Source: an uncultured Bifidobacterium sp. (GTDB taxonomy: Bacteria; Acidobacteriota; Vicinamibacteria; Vicinamibacterales; CAVVIG01). Taken from it: DNA of 64,000 nt. Shown one piece after another: positions 27,384 through 35,861 of this stretch (positions are counted from its first letter, which is position 1; each line of letters opens with the position of its first letter). A program made the position numbers and the translations under genes. The stretch lies in the NCBI GenBank assembly GCA_964577955.1, contig CAZOAZ010000023.1, forward strand, positions 8,005 through 72,004, read 5' to 3'. Below the pieces are notes generated by a model, which searched no databases, was not told the DNA's origin, and was given only the letters and a program-made list of their open reading frames with translations.

Positions 27384-29486
27384 TCAGACGAACTCGCTCG
27401 GCGAGACGCGGAAGCCCGGCGTGCTTTCGTAGACCGGCTGTTCACCGGCGACGCCGCTGAACTCGACCGCACGCTGCAGCCGCGACATCGCGATGCGCGA
27501 AATGATCCGGCCGATCGCGTTGATCTCCGTGCCGTACTGCGCGTACTGGCTCTGGAGCATGTCGCGCTGATCGGCGGCGTGGAAGAACGTCACCCGGATC
27601 GGCTCGGCCAGCTTCACCGGCATCCGGTCGAAATCGTGCTCGAAGAGATCGCGGAGGTCGTAGCGGAAGATCTCGCTCTGCGGCTCGCCGAGGGCGAAGA
27701 TGTTGCGCTTCCGGGCCGCGCTGTAGCGGCGCAGCTCGCCGAGATAGTCGCCGTATTCGGCATCGGCTGAGGGATTGCGCTCGCGCAGCAGCTCCGCCGC
27801 GACGCCGAATGCCGCATCGTGAATGTCGTCCACCAGGTTCATCAACGCCATCGCCCGGTGGCGGAACAGGACGTTGTTGCCCAGTTCGCCGGCGATGTAC
27901 TGCTCGATCACCTTGCGGTCGCTGCGGATGAAGGCCTCGAGATCCTCCTTCCGATCCCACAGCTCATCCCGGGTCGCCTGGTTGAACGACACGTAGAGCT
28001 CGCGTATACCCGGCGAGAAGGTGTCGCGCCGGGCGTGCAGGACCTCGAGGATCTGCGACGGTGGAATCCCGCACAAACGCAGGAACCGCAACAGCTCGTA
28101 GAGAATCCGGTCCTGATAAAACAGCCCCATCGTCAAGGCAAACTCGCGGCACTCGAGATAGTCCTGAAAGGACATCGTTTTCGAGGCGACCGCGACTTCT
28201 TCCGGTTCCGCCGAGAGCAGCTCCCGGCCGTCGAACCGATAGGCGCCGAAGCAGCGCGGCACGATGCGGTATTTGGTCTGCAGCTCCCACTGCTGGATCG
28301 AGGCGTCCGTCGTGAGCTCGGTGCCGTCGAACATCATCAGCGTGAACATCGAGATCAGCTTCATGTCGGCGTCGGCCAGCTGCAGCACAGTCGCCATGTG
28401 CTTGGCCTTGGTGTCGCCCGGCAGGCCGAGAATGACCTCGGAGTAGGTGTTCGCGTCGCTGGCGTTGAACTGCGTCGCCACCTGCAACAGCTGATTGGCG
28501 GCGATGTTCTGCCGCTTGATATTGATCAGCACCTGGTTGTCGAGCGATTGCACGGAAGCGGAGACGCGTAGACTGCCCTGCAGCAGTTCGGCGCACTCCA
28601 GCACGCGCTCCTTCTGGTTCTTGCCGGTCGCGACATGGAGGTACGCCGGGTACCCGTAGCGCTCGCGCGTCCGCGCCAGGGCCCGGGTAATCTCGAGGTC
28701 CTGCTTGAACATGCCGAAGTTCACGTCGGCCATGTCGAGGACTTTGCCCTTGTAGCGTTGGGCGATGTACTCGAGCTCGTTCTCAAAACGACTCGCCGTC
28801 TTCCAGTAGACCTTGGTCCGCGCGCCAATCCCGTCGACGCAGAACGTGCAGGCAAACGGGCAGCCGCGATTGCTCTCGAGGAGTGGCGTGAGAGCGATTT
28901 CTTCCAGGAACGCGTCCAGGTAACCAGCGGTGTACGGCGACGGAATGAGGTCCAGATCGGTCACCCGCTGGGCGACGTCGCTGCCTTTCAGCAGCGCGCC
29001 GTCCACGAACGAGTGACAGCCTTCGATTCCTTTGCGGCGAACCGCCTCGCGATCGCCGCCGGCTTCGTACCACGCGTCGACCACTTTCGTGAATGCGTCT
29101 TCACCTTCGCCGGACACATGGAGGTCCGCCGCCGGGTGCTTCCGCAGCCAGCGCTCGCGGGCGCTATCGTCGATCGGATAGTTCGGGCCGCCGAACACGA
29201 TCAGCGTATCGGGCTGCCTCTCTCGAATCGCCTGAGCGACGGTGTAGGCGAGGTCGAGGTTCCACATGTAGTTCGACAGACCGACGATCGCCGGCCGCTC
29301 GCGGAGGAAGCCGTCGATGAACTGCTGCGGATGCTTGAAGAGGCGGACTTCGGCGCCGGCGGCATGCGTCGAATACTGATGCAGCCACGACTTGATGCAG
29401 GCGATCGCGTACGGCATCGTCTCGACGCCGTAGCCCATGGGGGTCACGTGCGCCAGGTCGCCGAGATAGATGAGGTCGCGATTCAT
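27384..29486 (-). CDS. B12-binding domain radical SAM enzyme (class B), copy 2
   Basis: 700 aa. The N-terminal B12-like region is PAIVGLSNYMWNLDLAY..TLIVFGGPNYP. The canonical motif is RGCPFACTFC (CX3CX2C). Confidence 0.88.
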   Translation of the reverse strand: MNRDLIYLGDLAHVTPMGYGVETMPYAIACIKSWLHQYSTHAAGAEVRLFKHPQQFIDGFLRERPAIVGLSNYMWNLDLAYTVAQAIRERQPDTLIVFGGPNYPIDDSARERWLRKHPAADLHVSGEGEDAFTKVVDAWYEAGGDREAVRRKGIEGCHSFVDGALLKGSDVAQRVTDLDLIPSPYTAGYLDAFLEEIALTPLLESNRGCPFACTFCVDGIGARTKVYWKTASRFENELEYIAQRYKGKVLDMADVNFGMFKQDLEITRALARTRERYGYPAYLHVATGKNQKERVLECAELLQGSLRVSASVQSLDNQVLINIKRQNIAANQLLQVATQFNASDANTYSEVILGLPGDTKAKHMATVLQLADADMKLISMFTLMMFDGTELTTDASIQQWELQTKYRIVPRCFGAYRFDGRELLSAEPEEVAVASKTMSFQDYLECREFALTMGLFYQDRILYELLRFLRLCGIPPSQILEVLHARRDTFSPGIRELYVSFNQATRDELWDRKEDLEAFIRSDRKVIEQYIAGELGNNVLFRHRAMALMNLVDDIHDAAFGVAAELLRERNPSADAEYGDYLGELRRYSAARKRNIFALGEPQSEIFRYDLRDLFEHDFDRMPVKLAEPIRVTFFHAADQRDMLQSQYAQYGTEINAIGRIISRIAMSRLQRAVEFSGVAGEQPVYESTPGFRVSPSEFV

Positions 29487-31363
29487 ACGAGCGGCTGCTC
29501 CGTCAGCCGGGCCGGACGGTCGAACTGCAGACGGCAGAATGTCTGATAGGTAGGGCTCTTTTCAAGCAGCAACTCGTGCGGGCCGATCGCCTCGATTCGG
29601 CCCTGGTCGAGCACCACAATCCGGTCCGCGTGCGTCACGGTCGAGAGGCGATGCGCGATGACGATGGCGGTGGTCCGCGCGACGACGGTGTTGATCGCGT
29701 CCTGGACGAGACGTTCGGACTGGCTGTCGAGCGCGCTCGTCGCTTCGTCCAGAATGAGAATCTGCGGGTTGTGGACCACCGCGCGGGCAATCGCGACGCG
29801 CTGGCGCTCGCCGCCCGAGAGGCGCATGCCGCGATCGCCGACGACCGTGTCGTACCCCTCTGGCAGAGCCATGATGAAGTCGTGGGCGTTGGCGATGCGC
29901 GCGGCCTGCTCGATGTCCTGGTCGCTCAGCTCGTCGCGGCCGTAGCGGATGTTGTTGCGGACGGTGTCGTGGAAGAGCAGGCTCTCCTGCGAGACGACGC
30001 CGAAGAGCCGCCGATAGTCGTGCTGCTTGAGCGTTTTCAGGTCGACGCCGTCGACGCTGATGGCGCCCGCCGAGGGATCGTGAAGGCGGAGCATCAGGTC
30101 GGCGAGCGTAGACTTCCCCGCTCCGCTCGGGCCGACCAGGGCGACGAACTCGCCCTTGGCGATGTCGAGCGAGAGATCCTGAATCGCCGGCCGGTCGCCG
30201 TACGCGAAGGTCACGTTCCGCAGCTGAATCCCGCGGTCGAACGTTCGCTTGCTGACCGGGCCGTCGACCACTTTCGGCTGCTCGGTCTCGAGCTCGGCGA
30301 TCCGCTCCGATGCCGCGCCGAGCGCTTCGATCCAGAGCGCGCTGGTCGCCAGGTGGTTCATCGGCGCGATCAGCGACCTGCCGACGTAGGTAAAGAGCAG
30401 CAGCCCCTGAAACGTCAGTTCGCCGCGCCGGACCTGCAGGATCGCGATGAGGAAGATGCCGAGAATCGCCAGCGAATCCAGAACGGAGCGCGCTGGAAGC
30501 TCCAGCTTTTCGATACGCCCCTTGCGCAACAGTGCCGCGGTCACGGTGTCGATCGTCGTGCGCAGTTTCTTCAATTCGAACGGCTCGGCGCTGAACGACT
30601 TCGCGACGCGGACGCTCGTGAACGCTTCCTGGAGCGCAGTGATCAGATCGGCCGACGTGTCGGTTTCCTCTCGGGTCAGGCGACGAATCGGACGGCGGAG
30701 CACCTGAGTGATCGCGAACTGCGCGGCCAGCAGTACGAGCGAACCGAACGTCAGCCAGATGCTCGTGCTGAAAAGATACGCTGAGTAGATGACGATCTGG
30801 ACACCGTGGTGCACGATGCTGCGCACCAGCGGGCCGAGGGCCTGCGCGGTGGCGATCGTGTCGACGGTCACGCGCGAAATCAGCTCGCCTGCACGCTGGC
30901 GGCCGAAGAACGCCATGTCCTGCTTGAGCAGGTGCTGGAGCAGATCGAGCTGCATCAGCCGCGCGAAGCGGGCGCGCAACCAGGAGGCGCCGTACTCGGC
31001 GAGGTAGTTCGCCACCGCGACCAGCACCGATTGGACGACGAACAGCAGGCCGAACAGGATCAGCGTGTCGTTGCCGCTGCCCATCCCGTAGCCCGCGAGC
31101 CAGAGCGTGATCCGGGCGCCGAGGTAATTCAGGTTCAGCCACGACGTGCCGGGAGGAATCGGCTGCGGCGCCGAGCCGCCGATGTTGGCGAGCAGGACCG
31201 CGAGAATCGCCGGCTGCAGCACGGCCAGCAGGTTCGCGACCAGCGTCACGAGGCCGACCAGCACGATGGCCCCGACATGCGGACCGCCGTAGCGGCGGAC
31301 CAGCACGCGCGCGGCCGCGAAGCTCGATCGCGGCGCCAATGAGTTAGCGGATGAGCCTGCCAA
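29483..31363 (-). CDS. ABC exporter, fused permease-ATPase (MsbA/PglK-like type I exporter)
   Basis: 626 aa. The N-terminal half carries 6 TM helices. Walker A GPSGAGKST, signature LSGGERQRVAIARA, Walker B ILILDEATSALD. The TTG start at 31363 is uncertain. Confidence 0.88.
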   Translation of the reverse strand: MAGSSANSLAPRSSFAAARVLVRRYGGPHVGAIVLVGLVTLVANLLAVLQPAILAVLLANIGGSAPQPIPPGTSWLNLNYLGARITLWLAGYGMGSGNDTLILFGLLFVVQSVLVAVANYLAEYGASWLRARFARLMQLDLLQHLLKQDMAFFGRQRAGELISRVTVDTIATAQALGPLVRSIVHHGVQIVIYSAYLFSTSIWLTFGSLVLLAAQFAITQVLRRPIRRLTREETDTSADLITALQEAFTSVRVAKSFSAEPFELKKLRTTIDTVTAALLRKGRIEKLELPARSVLDSLAILGIFLIAILQVRRGELTFQGLLLFTYVGRSLIAPMNHLATSALWIEALGAASERIAELETEQPKVVDGPVSKRTFDRGIQLRNVTFAYGDRPAIQDLSLDIAKGEFVALVGPSGAGKSTLADLMLRLHDPSAGAISVDGVDLKTLKQHDYRRLFGVVSQESLLFHDTVRNNIRYGRDELSDQDIEQAARIANAHDFIMALPEGYDTVVGDRGMRLSGGERQRVAIARAVVHNPQILILDEATSALDSQSERLVQDAINTVVARTTAIVIAHRLSTVTHADRIVVLDQGRIEAIGPHELLLEKSPTYQTFCRLQFDRPARLTEQPLV

Positions 31364-31967
31364 CGCGGTCGGTGAGCGACTTGCCGTGTTTCACGTAGTT
31401 GTAGAGCGGCACCGGGAGGTGAAAGATCTTGTCACGGTCGAGACGATCGAAGAGATCGTGATCCTCGAACACCTTCTTCTTCTTGTTGTACGACCCGACG
31501 CGCTCGAGATGCGAGGTCCTCAGCATCAGCCCGCACGCCAGGCCGTTGTTCTGGAACGACTCGACGGACATGATCTTCTCGTCGTTGTCGGTCAGAAAGT
31601 AGTCGCACGAGACGCCGATGTACTGCGGACAGAACCGCAGGAAGTTGAACAGCATCGGCAGGAACGGCGGCTGGACGTAGTCGTCGGCGTCGACGCGGAC
31701 GAAGAACTTGCCGCGCGAATGATCCACCCCGATGCGGGCGCTCGCCCCGACTCCGACATTCTTCCGGTTCACGACCAGCTTGATGTCACCAGCGGCATGA
31801 AACGTCTTCAGCGCCTCCACCGAGTCGTCGGTACTGTGGTCGTCGACGACGATGATTTCGTATTTGCTGCGTTCGATTTCCTGGCTGAGGAGCGAACGCA
31901 GGCAGCGGCGTACATAGCTCCCGTAGTTGTAGTTGGTGACGACGACGGAGATGTCCGGGCCCCTCAT
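31344..31967 (-). CDS. Glycosyltransferase family 2 (short, lower-GC gene)
   Basis: The start is taken at MRGPDISVVVTNYNYGSYV (ATG 31967, ATGA overlap). Motifs IIVVDDHSTDDS and RVDADDY. Confidence 0.8.
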   Translation of the reverse strand: MRGPDISVVVTNYNYGSYVRRCLRSLLSQEIERSKYEIIVVDDHSTDDSVEALKTFHAAGDIKLVVNRKNVGVGASARIGVDHSRGKFFVRVDADDYVQPPFLPMLFNFLRFCPQYIGVSCDYFLTDNDEKIMSVESFQNNGLACGLMLRTSHLERVGSYNKKKKVFEDHDLFDRLDRDKIFHLPVPLYNYVKHGKSLTDRVGRLIR

Positions 31968-32674
31968 CGGACGACCTTCTCCATCAGGCGGGCGAGGCGG
32001 CACAATTCGGCGAGCTCCGCCGGCGTCGCGCTGCACACGTGATCGGGCCCGGGCAGTCCTTTGTTGAGCGTGAAGTGCTTTTCGAGCACCGTCGCGCCGC
32101 GGCCGACCGCCACCAGCATCGCTTCGATGCCAATCGTGTGGTCGCTGAAACCGTCGTAGATCGATTCCGCGAACGACACCGGCAGCGAGATGTCGCTGTA
32201 CTCGCAGGGATACTTCGGCACGCAGTACAGGTAGTGGAGCTGCGGCAGGTCGTACGGCACGTCCTCACGATCCCAGAAGCCGAGCGAAATGAACGCGTCC
32301 TTCCCGGTGGCGAGGATCCGCTCGCACAGTTCCTCGTTCTGCAGCGCGCGGCTGGCGATCTTGTGGCGGCGGACGCCCAGCTCCTCCACCCACTCGAAGC
32401 GCTCGACGTCGAAGACCGAGGCCATGAACTCGATCCCCTCCTCATCACACCACCCCTTCAACCGCTCAGCATCGTCTCTCCCGAACTGCACGGTCAGCGC
32501 CTGGCGGAGCGCCTCGTCGTTGGGATGCGATCCGTTCGGACCGAAGATCTTGTAGGGGTCGTAGAACTGGAATTTCGCGATGTCGGCGCCGGCGATCTTC
32601 GCCTGCCGGATCATTTCGTGGGCGACGTCGATGCTGCCGTTGTGGTTGATGCCGATCTCAGCGATGACAATCAT
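31964..32674 (-). CDS. NeuB-family (sialic-acid-synthase-like) protein lacking the C-terminal SAF domain
   Basis: 236 aa. Motifs MIVIAEIGINHNGSIDVAHEMIRQAKIAGADIAKFQ and GFSDHTIGIEAMLVAVGRGATVLEKHFTL..GPDH. The protein ends about 100 aa short of PseI (348 aa) in the same locus. Confidence 0.75.
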   Translation of the reverse strand: MIVIAEIGINHNGSIDVAHEMIRQAKIAGADIAKFQFYDPYKIFGPNGSHPNDEALRQALTVQFGRDDAERLKGWCDEEGIEFMASVFDVERFEWVEELGVRRHKIASRALQNEELCERILATGKDAFISLGFWDREDVPYDLPQLHYLYCVPKYPCEYSDISLPVSFAESIYDGFSDHTIGIEAMLVAVGRGATVLEKHFTLNKGLPGPDHVCSATPAELAELCRLARLMEKVVR

Positions 32675-32679
32675 GCGCG

Positions 32680-33927
32680 TCAGAAGTAGATGGAGGGCAG
32701 TTCCGTTCGCAGGCGCTCGAGCCCTGGTCGCAGCGCCTTGACCTTCAGATAGTCGCCACGCCAGTCGACCGCGATAGTACCGGGATAGTAGCGGTTGATG
32801 TAGGTGGCCATTTCAGGAGCGGTGTCTTCGCGCAGGTAGTTGTAGAAATCCTTACGCACGCGGTGAAAGCCGTCGGTGAACCACTTCTCGAAGCCGAGCC
32901 ACTGCGGAACCAGTCCCCAGATCACCTCGAGCGGTGTGCCGGCAAAACGGATCTGCAGGACGTCCCAGATCGCGAACTCGTCGAGCTTCGCGTGGAACCG
33001 TTCCAGAAACGTGCGGCTCATGAGGTGATTCGTCGCACAGCCGAACCACTCGGGACCAGCCTCGCGATGAAACGCCACCCCGTTGACCCGTTCCGGCGAA
33101 ACGACGCGCTCGGCAGGTTGTGGCTGTCCGCCGACAAATACCGGCGCCGCTTCGCCGTCGGCGGCCGGCCCGTCGCTCATCCGCCGCCGGGCCGCTCTCG
33201 CCTCGACTCGCCACGGCAGTTCGCGGAGCAGTCCGCCTTCTGCTGGCGACCCGAACGTGCGGATCCAGCGTGAGCGGAGCGCTCGAAGACGCGACGACGG
33301 CGGACCACCAGCCGGCACGTGATTCTGCGTTTCGGCGGCAAAGTCCGAATGCCAGTCCTCGAGCACCCGGCGAAACGCCGGATCGCGCGAGAAGATTGCG
33401 AACGCTTCGGCAATCATCTGGTCTTCGAGGCGATCAATCGGCGTCGGTTGATCGTGACGCTCGCGGTAGCGCAGAAACTGATCCTTGGGTATCCGCCGCT
33501 TCTCGTGCCCGGACGCGATCACGTGCACGCCCTTTGCGGGCGCGAACGTCAGCATCGAGGACAGCAACTGCTCCCGCGCCAGCAGCGTGCCCTCGCCGAT
33601 GAACAGCACCCAGTCGTAGTCGCGCCAGCGTCCGTCCCGGATGAACTTGTACCAGGCGCCCGAGTCCAGGCTTTCGTCGTTCTGATACTCGATCGTATGG
33701 ACCCCAGGCCGCGACAGCGCGCAGACGCCGCGGACCCGCTCGTCGAACGGACTGAGCTGCTGATTCATGCCCGGCGCGTCGGCCCGGATCGCGCCGCCGC
33801 CGCCGACGTTGTAGAGCACGAAGACGTCGAACGCCTGCAGATCCTGCAGCAGCGTCGTCACCAGCGTCGACTGCATCAGCCACGGCTTGTGATGGACGCA
33901 GAAGACCAGCGCCAGACGGTTGGCCAT
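32680..33927 (-). CDS. Hypothetical protein (415 aa), no recognisable domain
   Basis: Long ORF in the operon frame with good third-position GC and an ATG start 3 nt below the upstream stop. N-terminus MANRLALVFCVHHKPWLMQSTL. A central Arg/Ala-rich low-complexity stretch is present. Confidence 0.6.
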   Translation of the reverse strand: MANRLALVFCVHHKPWLMQSTLVTTLLQDLQAFDVFVLYNVGGGGAIRADAPGMNQQLSPFDERVRGVCALSRPGVHTIEYQNDESLDSGAWYKFIRDGRWRDYDWVLFIGEGTLLAREQLLSSMLTFAPAKGVHVIASGHEKRRIPKDQFLRYRERHDQPTPIDRLEDQMIAEAFAIFSRDPAFRRVLEDWHSDFAAETQNHVPAGGPPSSRLRALRSRWIRTFGSPAEGGLLRELPWRVEARAARRRMSDGPAADGEAAPVFVGGQPQPAERVVSPERVNGVAFHREAGPEWFGCATNHLMSRTFLERFHAKLDEFAIWDVLQIRFAGTPLEVIWGLVPQWLGFEKWFTDGFHRVRKDFYNYLREDTAPEMATYINRYYPGTIAVDWRGDYLKVKALRPGLERLRTELPSIYF

Positions 33928-33930
33928 CGA

Positions 33931-34602
33931 CTAGACGCGGTGTTCCCGCGATCCGCGCCACAGCGCCTCCGCGAATGCAAAATCTTCTTCGGTGTCGATG
34001 TCGACGATCTCGAAGCGGTCACCCATCTCGACGAGCCTGACCTGTTGCCAGTCCCAGTAGCGGCCGTGCTCGAAGAAATAGCGCTTCTCGAAGAAATACA
34101 GCGCGTGCGCGAACTCGAGCACCGGCTGGACGGTCTTGCTGTTGATGGTCTTCATGTCGGCCGGAAAATTGAGCGGCCGGTGGTCGAGGCTGATGAAGTG
34201 ATTCTGCCGCCTGACGACACCAAAGGCGGGCGCCAGATTGCCGCGGACGCAGTCGCCCAGGAACCCCTGGATCGTTTCCGCGCGGAGAAACGGCAGGCAG
34301 GCGTTGACGATCAGGAGATGCGTAAACGGCACGTCGTGCAGGAACGACAGGATCTCGGTGATCGGCTCGTCGATCGTCGCGCTGCGCTCGCTGCGCCGGA
34401 CGAACGGGACCCCGTGGGCCACGCACTTGTCACGAAACGCGTTTTCGTGCCCGGCGAAGAAACCGCGCGTGCCAAACGTCGCGAGTTTCTCGAGCGCAAT
34501 GTCCACCAGCGTCGTGCCGGCGAACGGCCGCAGCATCTTGTTCGGGCAGCGCTGGCTTTGCGAACGGCCGAACGAAAACACGCCAATCGAAGGGGTCGTC
34601 AT
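33931..34602 (-). CDS. Cytidylyltransferase-family protein (CMP-NeuAc synthetase / SpsF-like)
   Basis: 223 aa. The N-terminal GVFSFGRSQSQRCPNKMLRPFAGTTL resembles the ..ARxxSxRxPxKxL..G.. opening of the acylneuraminate cytidylyltransferase family. It is the second such gene in the locus. Confidence 0.6.
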   Translation of the reverse strand: MTTPSIGVFSFGRSQSQRCPNKMLRPFAGTTLVDIALEKLATFGTRGFFAGHENAFRDKCVAHGVPFVRRSERSATIDEPITEILSFLHDVPFTHLLIVNACLPFLRAETIQGFLGDCVRGNLAPAFGVVRRQNHFISLDHRPLNFPADMKTINSKTVQPVLEFAHALYFFEKRYFFEHGRYWDWQQVRLVEMGDRFEIVDIDTEEDFAFAEALWRGSREHRV

Positions 34603-35861
34603 ACGCGTGCCACCGAAGCCACCTCAGCGATGGCCGCGAAACTTCTCGCCGCCGCCCCGTCGACCGAACCGAGATACTTGCGGAGATACGCCTCACGCGC
34701 CTCGGGATCGACCCTGAAGCTGTCCAGCGTCAGCGATGGCAACCGGTCGAGCGCTTCACCAATCCCGATGGTCGTCGACACCCCGGCAAAAGCGAAGGGA
34801 CCGCCTTCCTCCGTGATGAAGAATCGATCGTGCGACTTGTGCATGTCGGCTTCGTCGCCGAGGTAGTCGTGCGCGTCGAACGTGATGCACAGGTTGGGAA
34901 CGCCCATCGACACGGCCTCGAGCACGCTCAGACTGAAGTAGTTCACGCAGACGTCGGCAATGGCCATGGCCTCGAGGATCGTCGGCGGGTAGTAGCCTTC
35001 GTCGTAGAGCGCCTTGTCGGCGGCCGCATGGAGGTACGGCGGAATCGGCGTCTTCTCCCGCGACTTCACCAGCAGGAACGCACCGTTGCGATTGCAGAAC
35101 GCCCGCAGGGCGCCGACGACCGCCGCATCCGACCAGCCGCGGCGGACGTGTTCGATGTATTCGAAGCGCCTTCTGCGGACGATGTTGAAGAGTTGACGGA
35201 GCCGGCTCGGTTCGCCAAACACCGACTTGGGCCAGAACGTCTGCTTGCCGACGCCCTGCGGAAACGGCAGCAGCAGAACCACCGGCTGCTCTTTCGGAAT
35301 GCCCCAGCGCGCCCGGACCGCCGCGGCATCGATGACGCCCGCAACATCAGCTTCGGCAAAACCGGTCCATACGGCACGCGACGCCAGCAGCGTGGGCAGC
35401 GGGTCGCTCGCCGCTTTGCTCGTCGCCCTATAGAAGTCCTCCGCCCACTCGAGCCACCAGGGCGACTGCAGCAGCAGGCGATCGCACGACAGCAGCCCGG
35501 ACGGCGGATGCGTCAGGAATGTATCGAGCCCGGATTGCACGAGACACCACGGTACGTTCGCGCCGAGGGCACGGTCGCCGATATCGCTCTGACGAGTCCC
35601 AATCGAGAGCACGGCGTCGTAGCCGCCCGCGGCAAGACCAGCCGCGAGCTCATCGGCACCGCGAAACGTCTTCACGTTGACGGATCCTTTGAACGTCGGC
35701 GTGCGTGCCACGGCGGGAAAGAGATAGCTCTTGGCGCCTTCAGACGGATGGCTGTAGTCGTGCCAGCAGTCCACCATGGCGCCGTTCGTCAGCGCCGCAT
35801 CGATGATCGGCCCCACCAGCTTGTAGGTCGAAATGCGGCTGATGACGGCAGCGATCTTCAT
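34599..35861 (-). CDS. Hypothetical protein (420 aa), possible GT-B-like transferase
   Basis: ATGA-coupled to pseG upstream and to the cytidylyltransferase-like gene downstream. No motif recognised. The two-lobed alpha/beta-looking sequence only suggests a GT-B or TagF-like fold. Confidence 0.55.
   Translation of the reverse strand: MKIAAVISRISTYKLVGPIIDAALTNGAMVDCWHDYSHPSEGAKSYLFPAVARTPTFKGSVNVKTFRGADELAAGLAAGGYDAVLSIGTRQSDIGDRALGANVPWCLVQSGLDTFLTHPPSGLLSCDRLLLQSPWWLEWAEDFYRATSKAASDPLPTLLASRAVWTGFAEADVAGVIDAAAVRARWGIPKEQPVVLLLPFPQGVGKQTFWPKSVFGEPSRLRQLFNIVRRRRFEYIEHVRRGWSDAAVVGALRAFCNRNGAFLLVKSREKTPIPPYLHAAADKALYDEGYYPPTILEAMAIADVCVNYFSLSVLEAVSMGVPNLCITFDAHDYLGDEADMHKSHDRFFITEEGGPFAFAGVSTTIGIGEALDRLPSLTLDSFRVDPEAREAYLRKYLGSVDGAAARSFAAIAEVASVARV

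Noticed and set aside
31344-31967. A mobile element or genomic islet around the low-GC GT2 gene.
   Set aside because: There is no transposase, integrase, tRNA or flanking direct or inverted repeat, and the gene is ATGA-coupled to its neighbour. I keep only the compositional observation.
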